A DNA stretch of 64,000 nt from Camelus dromedarius (lineage: Eukaryota): contig NC_087447.1 in assembly GCF_036321535.1 (NCBI RefSeq), forward strand, positions 40,550,001 to 40,614,000, in the 5' to 3' direction. Below, piece by piece: positions 1 through 11,244 of this stretch. Made by a program: the position numbers and the translations under genes. The notes under the pieces were generated by a model. It was not told the origin of the DNA. It made no database searches and saw only the letters and a list, made by a program, of their open reading frames with translations. Within the stretch, counting starts at the first letter, position 1, and each line of letters begins with the position of its first letter.

Positions 1-515
1 GTTTATTGAAAAGAGAAATCTTCCACTGAGTTGCTTTTTACCTTTATTGAAAATCAATTGGGTATATTTCTGTGGGTTTATATCTGGGTTCTTTATTCTG
101 TTCCATTGATCTATGTGTCTTCTCCTCTATCAATGCTGCATAGTCTTGATTACTGTCAGTACCTAGTAAGTATTAAAATTGGGTAGAGTGATTCCTTCTC
201 TTTTATTCATCTTTTTCAAAATCTGTTCAGCCATTTTAGTTCCTTATAACTATGCCCTTCCATATACATTTTAGAATGAGCTTGTCTATGTTCTCAAAAG
301 CCCTGCTGAGATTTTGATTAACAACTACATTAAACCTATATACATTGTTTTGTGGAGAATTGACATCTATTGTTGAGTTTTAAAATCCATGAGCACAATA
401 TCTCTCTCCATTTATTTAGATCTCATTTTCAGAGTTTTATGATTTTCAGCATAGTTCCTATATGTTTCATACCTATGTATTTTATTTTATTTTTTCTTTT
501 TTTCTCTCATGCAAT
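1..515 (-). mobile_element. Old LINE-1 (L1M-type) ORF2 region fragment
   Basis: T-rich antisense L1 ORF2 motifs, e.g. 'tctttattctgttccattgatctatgtgtct', 'ttttagaatgagcttgtct', 'ggagaattgacatct'. Confidence 0.85.
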
Positions 516-2000
516 TTTGTTTAAATTGAAGTATAGTCAGTTTACAATGTTGTGTCAATTTCTGGTGTATAGCCTGTTTTTTTTTTGTTCTTTGTTTTTA
601 TTATTATTATTATTTTTAAACTTTTTTTATTGATTTATAGTCAGTTTACAATGTTGTGTCAATTTCCAGTGTGGAGCACAATTTTTCAGTTATACATGAA
701 CGTACATATATTCATTGTCGCATTCTTTTTTACTGTGAGCTACCACAAAATCTTGTATATATTTCCCTGTGCTATACAGTATAATCTTATTTATCTATTC
801 TGCATATTCCTGTCAATATCTACAAATTTCTAAGTCCCAGTCTGTCCCTTCCCACCCTCCTCCCCCTTGGCAACCACAAGTTTGTATTCTATGTCTATGA
901 GTCTGTTTCTGTTTTGTATTTATGTTCTTTTTTTTTTTTTTTTTTATTCCACATATGAGCAATCTCATATGGTATTTTTCTCTTTCTGGCTTACTTCACT
1001 TAGAATAACACTAGCCTAATATTTCAGTCATACATATACATACATATATTCCTTTTCATATTCTTTTTCACTATAGGTTACTACAAGATGCTGAATATAA
1101 TTCCCTGTGCTATATGGAAGAAATTTGTTATTTATTTATTTTATATATAGTAGTTAGTATTTGCAAATCCTGAGGCCCTAATTTACCCCTTCTGACCCCT
1201 TTTCCTCCCTGTAACCATAAGTTTGTTTTCTATGTCTGTGAGTATTTCTATTTTGTAAATAAGTTCATTTGTGTCTTTTTTTTTTTTTTAAAGATTCCAC
1301 ATATGAGTGATATCATATGGTATTTTTCTTTCTCTTTCTGGCTTATATCACTTAGAGTGATGATCTCCAGGTCCATCCATGTTGCTGCAAATGGCATTAT
1401 TTTACTCTTTTTATGGCTGAGTAATATTCCACAACTTCTCTATCCAGTCATCTGTTGATGGACATTTAGGTTGTTTCCATGTTTTGGCTATTGTAAATAG
1501 TGCTTCTATTAACTTTGGGGTGCATATATCTTTTTGAATTAGAGTGTCCTCCAGACACATGCCCAGGAGTGGGATTGCTGGATCATAGGATGTCTATTTT
1601 TAGTGTTTTGAGGAATCTTCAGACTATTTTCCATAATGGCTGCATCAAACTACATTCTCACCAACAGTGTAGGAAGGTTCCCTTTTCTCCACACCCTGTC
1701 CAGCATTTATCACTTATGGACTTTTGAATGATGGCCATTCTGACTGGTGTGCAGTGATACCTCATTGTAGTTTTGATTTGCATTTCTCTGATAATTAGTG
1801 ATACTGAGCATTTTTCCATATGCCTATTGGCCATTTTTATGTCTTTATTGGAGAATTGCTTGCTTAGGTCTTCTGCCCATTTTTGAATTGAGTTTTTTGT
1901 TGTTGTTGTTATTATGTTGTAGAAGCTATTTACATATTCTGGAAATTAAGCCCTTGTCAGCTGTATCATTTACAAATATTCTCTCCCATTTCATAGGTTG
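516..2000 (-). mobile_element. Young 5'-truncated LINE-1 (3'UTR + ORF2 C-terminus), interrupted by a nested L1 at 576-1011
   Basis: Begins with the antisense L1 3' end 'ttgaagtatagtcagtttacaatgttgtgtcaatttctggtg'; highly similar to the copies at 40630-41317, 44667-45316 and 62643-64000. Confidence 0.92.
576..1011 (-). mobile_element. Nested young L1 3' end (distinct 3'UTR variant) inserted in the L1 above
   Basis: Own T-rich tail at 577-630 and a second 'tatagtcagtttacaatgttgtgtcaattt' start; flanked by 'tagcct' at 570-575 and 1012-1017; the host 3'UTR resumes at 1018. Confidence 0.85.
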
Positions 2001-2002
2001 GT

Positions 2003-3230
2003 CTCCTGTAAATATGTTGGATCACATTGACTGATTTTGAATATTGACCTTTGCATTCCAGGAATAAACACTGCTTGGTCATGGTATAGCCTACTTTTTA
2101 TATATTGCTGAATTTATCTCATTAATCTGTTTTTACTAATTTAAAAATATGGTAAGTTTGCTTATAGTCTTGGAAAGTGTTTTGCTTTGTATAGAATCCA
2201 GGCTGGCAGTTATTTTATTTCAGCATTTTCAAGACTATTTTGTTAATAATAATATTTATATCTGTATTTATGAGGGATATTGATTTGTAGTCTTTTTTTG
2301 TATTGCTTTGACTAGTTTTGTATCAGGGTAATTTTGGCTTCTTTAAGAGTTGCAAAGAATTCCATCCTTTTCTATTTTCTAGAAAATATTTTGTAAATTG
2401 GTGTTAAATTTTCTTCAAATGTTTGGTATAATTCTCCAGTGAAGCCATTTGGGCCTAGAGATTTCTTTTCAAGGAATTTTAAAATAATACATTTTTTGTA
2501 ATAGTTGCAAGGCTATTTGAATGATACACTTCACTCTGGGCAAGCTATAGTGATTATTATCTTTAAAATTTTTTTTTTTTATTTTGGGGGTAGATAATCA
2601 AGTTTATTTATTTTTAGTGAAGGTACTGGGGATTGAACCCAGGACTCTGCACGTGCTAAGCAGAAACTTTACCACTTGAGCTACTCCCCCAGTGATCATT
2701 ATCTTTTTAATGGTTATAGGATCTGTAGTGATGTTCCATTTACTTATCCTCTTTGTTATTTGTATTTTCTTTTTTTATTTCTTGATCAGTTTGATGGGGA
2801 TTTATGCATTTTATTAGTCTTTTGAAAGAACCAACTTTTGGCTTTGTTGATCTTTTTGTATGGTTATTTCTTTATTTTTCATCTTAATATTTTTTTCCCT
2901 TTCTTTTTCTTTTTGGCTGTTTTTTTTCCCAACTCTTTAGATAGATCCTTAGATTTATCAAAATTTCTTCTTTTTTAAAATATGCACTTTGAGGGTATAA
3001 TTTTTCTCTAAGCATCCTTTTAACTGCATCCCACTAATTTTGTTCTCTTAGGTTTTCATTATCATATAGTTCAAAGTATTGAAAATTTCATTAATATTTC
3101 TGACAAATTAATCTGTTTTCACTGGCTTTAAAATATAGTAATTTTGTTTATAATTTTGGGAAATGTTTTGCTATGTATAGAATCTAGGCTGGTAGTTATT
3201 TTACTTTCAAGATTATTTCATTGTTCTTTA
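2003..3230 (-). mobile_element. Old LINE-1 (L1M-type) continuation, fragmented
   Basis: 'ccttgcattcc..ggaataaac..cttggtcatgg', 'aattctccagtgaagccatttgggcct', 'aaagaaccaacttttggctttgttgat' are antisense L1 ORF2 motifs. Confidence 0.8.
2565..2690 (-). mobile_element. tRNA-derived SINE (camelid Vic-1-like)
   Basis: Antisense tRNA-like head 'gtactggggattgaacccaggactctgcacgtgctaagc...accacttgagctactccccc', T-tail, and TSD agtgatYattatcttt at 2549-2564 and 2691-2706 (15/16). Confidence 0.88.
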
Positions 3231-3249
3231 GTTTCAATGGAAACTAAAC

Positions 3250-3430
3250 AGCATAATGTTTTTGAGAGTCATTCATGTTTTTGTGTATATTAGTTAATTT
3301 TTTTAGGTTTTTGAGTAATATCCCATTGGATGGATATACCACATTTGGTTTATCCATTCATCCTTTATGGACAATTGGGTTGTTTTCAGCTTTTGTCTAT
3401 TAATAAAGCTATGCGAACATTGTAATGGCA
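3250..3430 (-). mobile_element. L1 (L1MC/ME-type) 3' fragment
   Basis: 'cccattggatggatataccacatttggtttatccattca...gggttgttttcagcttttgtctattaataaagctatg'. Confidence 0.75.
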
Positions 3431-3766
3431 TATTCCATGAAGGTGAAGGATGAGCAGCAGAAGGAAAAGAAAACCGGCTGCTGCAGAGTGTGACCAACTG
3501 GGGGATTTGGGTGAGGATCTTGGCAAGGAGGGAGGACTCTGGGATGCGGTGTGAGCCCCTGTCTGGGTCTGCCTTTGGGTGGGTACATAGAGCTTGCTGA
3601 AGCTCTCTTGGTTGGACTCCACTATCTCTCTTAGAGATACATTGTTACATTTCTACAAAACCAAATTGTGTGCAGTTTCCTGAACATTCTATATTCTCTC
3701 ACATCTCTCTTGTTTTTGAATATCCTGTTTCAGTTGCTCTGCATGCCATTTATTTATTTTTTTAAC

Positions 3767-3810
3767 TTCCTCTTTCTTTCTTTCTCTCTTTCTTTCTCTC
3801 TTTCTTTCTC

Positions 3811-3863
<53 letters not shown>

Positions 3864-3876
3864 TTCTCTCTCTCGT

Positions 3877-3965
<89 letters not shown>

Positions 3966-4020
3966 TTTCTTTCTCTTTCTCTCTTTCATTCTCTCTTTCT
4001 CTCTTTCTTTCGCTCTTTTT
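3767..4020. repeat. Compound (TTTC)n/(TC)n polypyrimidine microsatellite
   Basis: Directly visible, ~250 bp almost purely T/C. Confidence 0.97.
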
Positions 4021-4659
4021 TGCCAGCTACATTTTAGGTACCATTTTAGATGCTAAGTATGGAGAGAACTGAATGTCTCAGTTTGCTGAACCTCCAAATC
4101 TTTGTGGCCCCAACTTCCTCCTCCCTGTCCCCTTCCTGACACTGCCCCAGAGAGATTCTTAGGTGTCAGTAATTGGAGTTTTAATGCTGGAGCTGCAAAA
4201 CTAACCAGGGCTTCATTAATAAAGGGAACTGCGGGAGGCCACCCTGCCTGCACACTCAGGACTGGGGGTGGAGTTTTTGACCTTCTTTTGGTCTTGTTGA
4301 CAAAAGATGCAAGATCAGGGAAAAGGCTGCCATCACTTTGGCTCAGCTTGGGTGTTATTCTGAACAAGCAAGTGAGACTGACCATGGGGTGAGGATGAGG
4401 TGGTACACAAGGTCTCTAGTCCTACAAGCTCATACCCCCTGTCTACACTGGCCTACAGAGTTAGTCTGACATTCTTCTTATCCAAAGAAAGGAATGAGGG
4501 GAAGTAATAGTCAAGAGGAGATGAAGAGCTGGTCTGTTTGTGCACTTTGTCTTTTAGTTGTAACTGGCCCAAACAGCTTTAAAAAAAAAAAATCTCTCCG
4601 TTCTTTAAAACAAAAATTTAATTTTAAAATATGAGGCAGCCAAGCTTCTGGGGGTCGAG

Positions 4660-4775
4660 GGAAGGGTATTAAGTAACTTGCCCAAGGCCACAAAGCTAAG
4701 AAAAAGCAGAATCAGGACTCAAGCTCAAGTCTGAAAACATAAAAGCCCAGGGCCTTTTCACCTTATCAAGCTGCC
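4660..4775 (-). mobile_element. MIR SINE fragment
   Basis: Antisense MIR core 'taagtaacttgcccaaggccacaaagct'. Confidence 0.75.
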
Positions 4776-5714
4776 TGACTTAATGCTGGCTGGGGAGTCC
4801 TGTGAGCTGGAAACTAAACTTGACTTTGGCTTTCTTCCATCCTTCCTACTCCTTGGGTTGTAAAAACACATCTTAAGAAGTTGGGGAGAGCAGTATCTTC
4901 CTGAAAGTCAGGGAGCCTGCTGAGGCAGAGCCAACAGCCATGCCCGAGTGGAGTCCCATCACATCTGCCTGACGCACGCCTGTTCCACGTCTGAAGGGAA
5001 AATGCCGCAGAAGAGGGAGTGGGCATCATGTCCCCCCGCCCCCTCCATTCTGTATCTGATGGATGACGTAGTGAGGAGACCTACCTCTGAGAGGTCCACT
5101 CAAATTACTCACTTGAAAGATGAGCTGCTGAGAATGCCTCTCCTGGATTATTTATGAAGATGGAGAGGAAAGAGGCTTGGAAAAAAAGACTTGCAGAGAA
5201 AAGGAATCAGATGATGCTAAAGCGAGGAGAAAGAAAGGGACTGGAGAGGGGAAGGAGAAAGAGGCCAGGGCTGCTGTTGCTGTTGGGGTGCAGGTGGGGT
5301 GTCGGTAAGGTCAGAGGGAGAAGGCAGCCGGGAGATGCCAAGTGAACGGCGTGGGCTGCTTCCTGCCATCAGTACAAATCCTTGTAGCTGGGATCTCAGC
5401 TTCTACTGAGTGGAAACATAGTTTTGTTGATGCTCCTATTCAAGCCTGTCCCAGGTGATGATGGAGTGTCTCTCTACCATCCTTATGGTTCTGGCATGAG
5501 AGAATTCTACACGGTGAAAATAACTGCACACTTTCTGCCATGATATGTAGAATGCATCTATCCCGTGGGGTTTTGTCCTTCTTAAGTGACCCTCCACGTA
5601 CATCCTCTGGGACCTGCCTCTGCCCATCATCTTTCCGCTCTTTTTTACCTTTGCAATCCCCTCCCTTCAGTCACCTTCTCTCCCAGCTTGAAAATAAAAC
5701 TCCCCTTTCCTTAT

Positions 5715-5825
5715 TCTTGCTTAACTTCTTTAAGCCTCAGTTTGCTCAGTTGTCAAAAATGGAGCTCATGCCACCTGTCTGGCAGGGCTTGGTGAGGTGG
5801 AGTCAGGTACATTGGAGAGCATGGT
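5715..5825 (+). mobile_element. MIR SINE fragment
   Basis: 'cttaacttctttaagcctcagtttgctcagttgtcaaaaatgg'. Confidence 0.65.
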
Positions 5826-5877
5826 TTCCATTAGTGTGTGTGTCTTTCCTTTCTTCCTTTTCAGTCTTTCTTCTAAA

Positions 5878-5960
5878 ACTGCACTGTCCAATATGATAAC
5901 GGTTAGTCACGGGTGGCTTCCTACACTTGAAATGTGGCTGGTCCAATCTGAGATGGGCTG
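5878..5960. mobile_element. MER3-like hAT-Charlie MITE fragment
   Basis: 'ctgcactgtccaatatgataac...cacttgaaatgtggctggtccaatctgagatg'; similar to 19437-19602. Confidence 0.6.
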
Positions 5961-6179
5961 CCTATGTGAGCAGCATCAGGGTTGTGTGTTAACACCTGCA
6001 GGTCCTGCTGCTTGTTCTTGAAACCTTTGCTCCTGGCTCATGCTCGAATCTACCATTTGTTTTTTTCTGTCTGCATCATCTTGATTTATAGTGCATGTAT
6101 CTCCTCCTGAGATACTTCCAAAGTGAATTTTATATATGCCACATGGCATACACACGCACACACATATGCACACACATAT

Positions 6180-6490
6180 ATTTTTAAAATAATAGTTTTA
6201 TTGATAAAAGATATAATTCACATACCATAAACGTCATCTCTTTAAAGTATGCATACAATTTTGTGATTTCTTTTATAGAGAATTGTACAGCCATCACCAC
6301 CATCTAACTCCAAAACATTTTTCTCACTCCTGAAAGAAACCCTGTTCAACCCTGTTCCAGTTACTTCCCATTCCCCCTTCCCTCCAGCCTCATGCTACCA
6401 CTAATATGCTTTGTCTCTACGGATTTGCCTGGTCTGGATATTTCATATAAATGGAATCATACAATGTGTGGCCTTTTCACATGGCTTATA
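6180..6490 (-). mobile_element. L1 (L1MB/MC-type) 3' end
   Basis: 'tataattcacataccataa', 'ccatcaccaccatctaactccaaaacattt', 'tctggatatttcatataaatggaatcatacaa'. Confidence 0.85.
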
Positions 6491-6619
6491 TTTTATGTGA
6501 GATCATCCCAATTATAATCTCCACCTCTGGTGACAAGCCACGCTACTTCTTTTATGTGATGCAGTGACAAGCCAGTGCATGGAAGCTTAGTTTTGTTTGT
6601 ATATGTGTACCCTTATGAC

Positions 6620-6775
6620 CACTGTAGGAAATAGAGATCATCTTTGCTCCACAGGTAATGAACTTAAAGCACAGAGAGGTTGTAGCTGGCGTAAGATCAC
6701 ATATCTAGTAAATGGAAGGAAGAGCTGGGACAAAAGCCCAGCTTTTTTTTTTCTTCTTCTAAACTCCAGTGTTAA
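6620..6775 (-). mobile_element. MIR SINE fragment
   Basis: 'aaagcacagagaggttg...aagatcacatatctagtaaatgg'. Confidence 0.6.
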
Positions 6776-7769
6776 GATCCATGGGATCTTTTTCATCTTT
6801 TTCTCTTCTCTGAACCAAGCAGAGTATCTGACACTCATGTATATGTTTGTGAAATGAATAAATGATCCAGACAGTTAATCAGCTGAGGTGGTGGGGAGAG
6901 GGGAGTGGCCTCTGAACCCCAGATATTATTCTGCCAGAGCTCAAGCTGTTGGATGCCGCAGCTGACACTGAGCACCGGCCCAGCAGGCCATGTTACCCGA
7001 GCTGTGTAATCGTGCTGCCTGCCTGCCCTGGGGATGCTCTGCTGTCAATGTTGGCGCTCCTTTCACTGGGCCATTAGTGTGCCACTGGGGTGCAGCAGGA
7101 AAACCTCCCAGGGCACTCTTGGGGGCTGCGTGCGCCAGGAGGACAGCTTTCTACAAATCAGGATAGATGGAAATAGGAACCCAGTGGTGAGTAGGGTCAC
7201 CCAGAGTAATTTCAAGTATGAATTGATTTCTCAGCTGGAGACGGTGTTGGTGTCCTGTTTCTCATTTGTGCTTCATTGTGCATATTACTTCATGTGGAAA
7301 ATTAACAGGCAGATTAACCCCTCTGCACAGCCCAGGTTGGAGGAATAGGCAGGGCTCCTGTCTGGAATGCAAAATCTTGGCATAAGAAAGAGGCTGGCCA
7401 CATGGCCAGGGCAAAGTGCAGACCCATGTCCTAGGTATCCAGGAGTACCTCCAGCCTGCCCATGGGCCACACCAGCCCTAAGGATGCTGGAAAGGAAACA
7501 CCATGTCATTTACTGAGATCTGTGGCTTTCTAGTGACTGAGGTGTCATAGCTGAGTAGAAGAGCAAATTAACCCCAAAAAGCCAGATCAATCAGAGCTCC
7601 ATCCACTGGCCAGGGAGCCCCTGTTCTCCCAGAACTGGGGAGAACAGCTTATTTATTCTCTGTGTCTGATGATCTCTTCCCAGTTGCTTGTGGTGTCATC
7701 TTCTGTCTCTTAATCCCATCACTTGCTTAGACCTTTAGTGTGAAAGTTCCTTCGGATCTACCCCTGCTT

Positions 7770-8215
7770 ACACTCCCCTCCGCCTCTGCCTCCCCCAGCT
7801 CAGCTTGCACTACTCTTCTCTTTATTCTTTCTTCTCGACATACTGACTTTTAGTCCTTTCGTATTTCATTCTGCCCCAGGGTCTTTGAACACATAATTTC
7901 CTCTGCCTTACCTGTTCTCTGGGCTGAACTCCACTCAGTTTAAATGTCATTTCCTTAAGGGAAGCATTTTCTGATTTCATGCCTCCCATCTCAAACCATG
8001 ATATGGTGTCATTCTCCTATATTTCTCTATTAACAGCATTTTCAAAACTGCAATTAAATAATTAGTCTGTAATTAGTTGTTTAATGACTGCCTTTTGTGT
8101 TACACTGTTAGCTCCGAGACAGCAGACTGTGTCAGTCTTATTCACCTTTGTGTCTCCAGTGTCGAGCACACTGCCTCGGGTAGAATGTCCTCAAAAATGC
8201 GTTGGATGAATGAAA
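7770..8215 (+). mobile_element. L2 LINE 3' end
   Basis: 'ccccagggtctttgaaca', 'ttattcacctttgtgtctccagtgtcgagcacactgcct...ttggatgaatgaa' (L2 terminus). Confidence 0.75.
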
Positions 8216-8666
8216 GTCTTTTTTTTTCCCCCTTGGCAGGTGGTTCTTTCTGAATTTAAACTTGGCATTTTCAGGAGAAACTTGCTAATTACTGAGTACA
8301 TTTAGTCCTGAGAATCACATTGTAAACCATATATAAGCCAAAGTACCACACAGTCTAACCTTGGTGCATTGTCACTTGCGAAGAAGCAGGACTCAATGCA
8401 AAATAAGGTTTCCTTCCATTTCTAGCTCATATCCTGTCTCTACCCTGACCCTCCACTTCCTACATTTTATTAGGCAGATTGATTGAGCTGGGAGTGCAAT
8501 GGCAGTCCCTACCCACGAGGAACTTGTAGGCTGATTAGTTGGGAGGCTCTTGATATAGTCCAGGCAAGAGATTATGGTAACTTGGAAACCAATGGGGTGG
8601 ACACATTTAAGGTATTTTTAGGAGGTAAAATTGATAAGGGATATAAGGTCATTGGGGTTGACATCC

Positions 8667-9143
8667 TGTATCAGCCCCAGTCCAGATGATTAGTCCAAGT
8701 TGTTCATGGTAATTTCATCCTCCTATTTCCTGGGGATTAATTTTTAAACGGTCATGTGACTCAGTCCTATTTGATTCTGAGACATGAGAAGTCCACTGGG
8801 GGATTTGTGGGGGAAAATTAATTCCCTCTTAAACAGAGAACCACGGAGGGAAACATCCCTCCTTTGCTGGATGTGAACAAAGAACTTGTTCTCTGTTCTT
8901 TCAGATTACTTGTATCTGTGACTACTAGTGCCATGAGGTTGGAGGGTGGAGGGAATAGCCACAGAAAGGAAGAGATATGGAGAGAATCTGAGCCATTGCC
9001 GACATCACTGAGTTGCTGGTTTTGATCCTCTGAGTCACACTAGCTGGAATTCTAGACACATGAAATAATGAATTTTCTACAGTAGTTAAGACATTTGGTT
9101 GCATTTTCTATTACTTGCAGCAGAAAGCATCCTTAATGATACA
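8667..9143 (+). mobile_element. MaLR solo LTR (MLT1J-like)
   Basis: TG...CA ends; 3' terminus 'ttttctattacttgcagcagaaagcatccttaatgataca'. Confidence 0.7.
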
Positions 9144-9689
9144 GAGGGAGCAGTGGAAGCTCAGTGGGCACAGCAATGCCTCTGGCTTGCTAGAGGCTTT
9201 CCAGTAAAAGGGACCGTGGGCAGGTAGCATCATGCCTCTTTGTTACCTTGTAGGGCTGGGCCTCCCATTTTCTCTTCTGACCTGCTGAGGGCTGGAGCTG
9301 AGGCAGCAGCTGGTGCCCTCAATATGTCTGGTTGGAAAGGGCTGAAAAAGGACCCAGATCAAACGGTAAACAGTGAATTTCTCTTTTGGGCTTTGAATTT
9401 ACATCGAAAGGGGAAGGTTTTTACTTACTGATGTATTTATTTTTAATCAGTTTATGTTCTACTCTTACTCTTCTTAGATAATATATTTCAAGGATTCCCC
9501 ACCCCCACTCCAAAGAAATACTCTAGTACAGTATCAGTGATAGAAATCAACATGTAGGAACGAGCAAAGATTCTTCCATTCTCCCACAACCAGCACAATC
9601 AAAGTGTTTTCTTTGCCTATGCTTCCTTGAAATTCTTGTTTCTATTCATGCAAAAAGATACAGAATGCAATCATAGCTCAGGCATCATT

Positions 9690-9820
9690 AATTTTTTTAT
9701 TGAGGTATGACATTCATGCTGTGAAGTGCCCATAACTGTACAGCTGGAAGACTTTTCACGTGTGTTCACTTTTGTAACCATCCCTGGCCCCCCACCCCTG
9801 CCAGTTCAAGACATAAAACA
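9690..9820 (-). mobile_element. L1 (L1MC-type) 3' fragment
   Basis: 'ttttattgaggtatgacattcatgctgtgaagtgccca...tgtaaccatc'. Confidence 0.6.
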
Positions 9821-10069
9821 CTTGACTGGGTGTCGTTTTGTAGTTTGATTTTAAATCTAATGTCATAGTAGAATCATGCTGCCCTGCTGTTTATCCTAAG
9901 ATTTTTAGTGTGCTAGATGGTCTTCCTACTGCTGACTATGAAAGGCTTTAAAAATTCAATCAGTTGGCTGCGTCACAGGTATCTGAGCCAACTCACATCA
10001 CTGGACATTAAGATTGTTTAAAATTCTTCCAGATCACAAATAATGCTTCAACAGTCTCAACAGTAGAGT

Positions 10070-10320
10070 CAGAAATTGGCAGCTTGTAGCCTGGATTCTG
10101 TCCACATACCCATTTTATTAGGCTTGTTTGGTGTTGGCACACACAGTATCTTTAAGAATACTTGCGTTTTGTTGCAAACTTTTACGACTTGAGAGCAAGA
10201 GCTCACATGGAAATCTGGATCTCTTGCTCAGAAGGTCTGGCCGCACGGGCCACACTCCCAGCAGCGGCAGTCATGTAGGGATGGGTATACGGGCCCTAGT
10301 TTGCCAGTCCCTGTGGCTCC
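10070..10320 (+). mobile_element. MER102-like hAT-Charlie DNA transposon
   Basis: 'cacatggaaatctggatctcttg..cagaaggtctggc..cacgggccacactcccagc' and 'agtttgccagtccc'. Confidence 0.6.
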
Positions 10321-10589
10321 CCGTGTTTCCTTCTATCAGGCCTGTTCACTAGTTAGCAGCATCTGCCTGGGTCCAGTAGGCACTTGAGTTTGCTCTCCCC
10401 GGCACATGGCTTCTTTTTCCTTGATGCCTATAAAGATGTCATTTATGCATGAGGTTGCTGATAACCCCAAGGAAATCATAACTAGAAGCACGTTCAGAAG
10501 AGCATAGTGAAAAACAGAGCATGACTGTTGTGTCCAAGGTACCCTAGTGGCAATCACTGCCCCTGCCTTGGGCCCAGTCATGTCCTCTG

Positions 10590-10700
10590 TGGGCCTCAGT
10601 GTTTTCAAACTTCAAGCGAGAATGATACCCACTCAGGGAGCAACTGTGAAGGTCTGATAGTGTTTGGAACACAGGAGGCAATCAACAAATGGCGGTTAAG
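10590..10700 (+). mobile_element. MIR SINE fragment
   Basis: 'gggcctcagtgttttc...atagtgtttggaacacaggaggcaatcaacaaatgg'. Confidence 0.55.
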
Positions 10701-11244
10701 TAAAAAAAAAAAAAAAAAAAAAAAACTACTGAAAAGTATTCTTTATGGTTAATGTATCCAATTCTAGTTCTTGAATGGCAAAATTTACTTTCAAAAAAAA
10801 GATTTAATTTCTTCTGAATTTGCTGTTCATTCAAAAGGTCTCCAGAGACACCTATCAAGTTTTAATAACAGCAGTGATAATAATGATAAGTGGGTAGGAT
10901 TTAATAATGTGATGTGGGAGTGTCTAAAGAGTGACCTTAATATTATGATTTAATTGAGATGGTAAATTAAAAATGTGCTGTGTTGCTCCACCATACCAAG
11001 GAGGTTAAAATGGGAGCGAGTTGGTCCTTCACATTGCTGTTTGAGCTGATGTCTCTTTAGGAAGATCATGATTGCCACCGACTAAGTATGGGCTCTTTCA
11101 GTTATTTTTAACAGGTCCAGAAGTTCTTTGGGGAGAATCTCTAGCAATACACACAGGCTTCCCTCCAGAATTTTGAGAACATGAAGTATTGACCCAGGTA
11201 GGAGAAACATTTCGTAGAAAATAATTTGTCTTTCTCTTAGGTCC

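Noticed and set aside
370..2034. Several hydrophobic + strand ORFs
   Set aside because: Antisense translations of T-rich L1 sequence
3668..4072. Leu/Ser/Phe-rich and Lys/Glu/Arg-rich ORFs
   Set aside because: Translations of the (TTTC)n microsatellite
7621..7647. Short hairpin 'ctgttctcccag aa ctggggagaacag'
   Set aside because: Too short and imperfect to distinguish from chance; intrinsic terminators do not apply in this context
8219..8240. Strong-looking splice acceptor 'tttttttttcccccttggcag'
   Set aside because: The pyrimidine run abuts an L2 tail and no convincing donor or open frame follows
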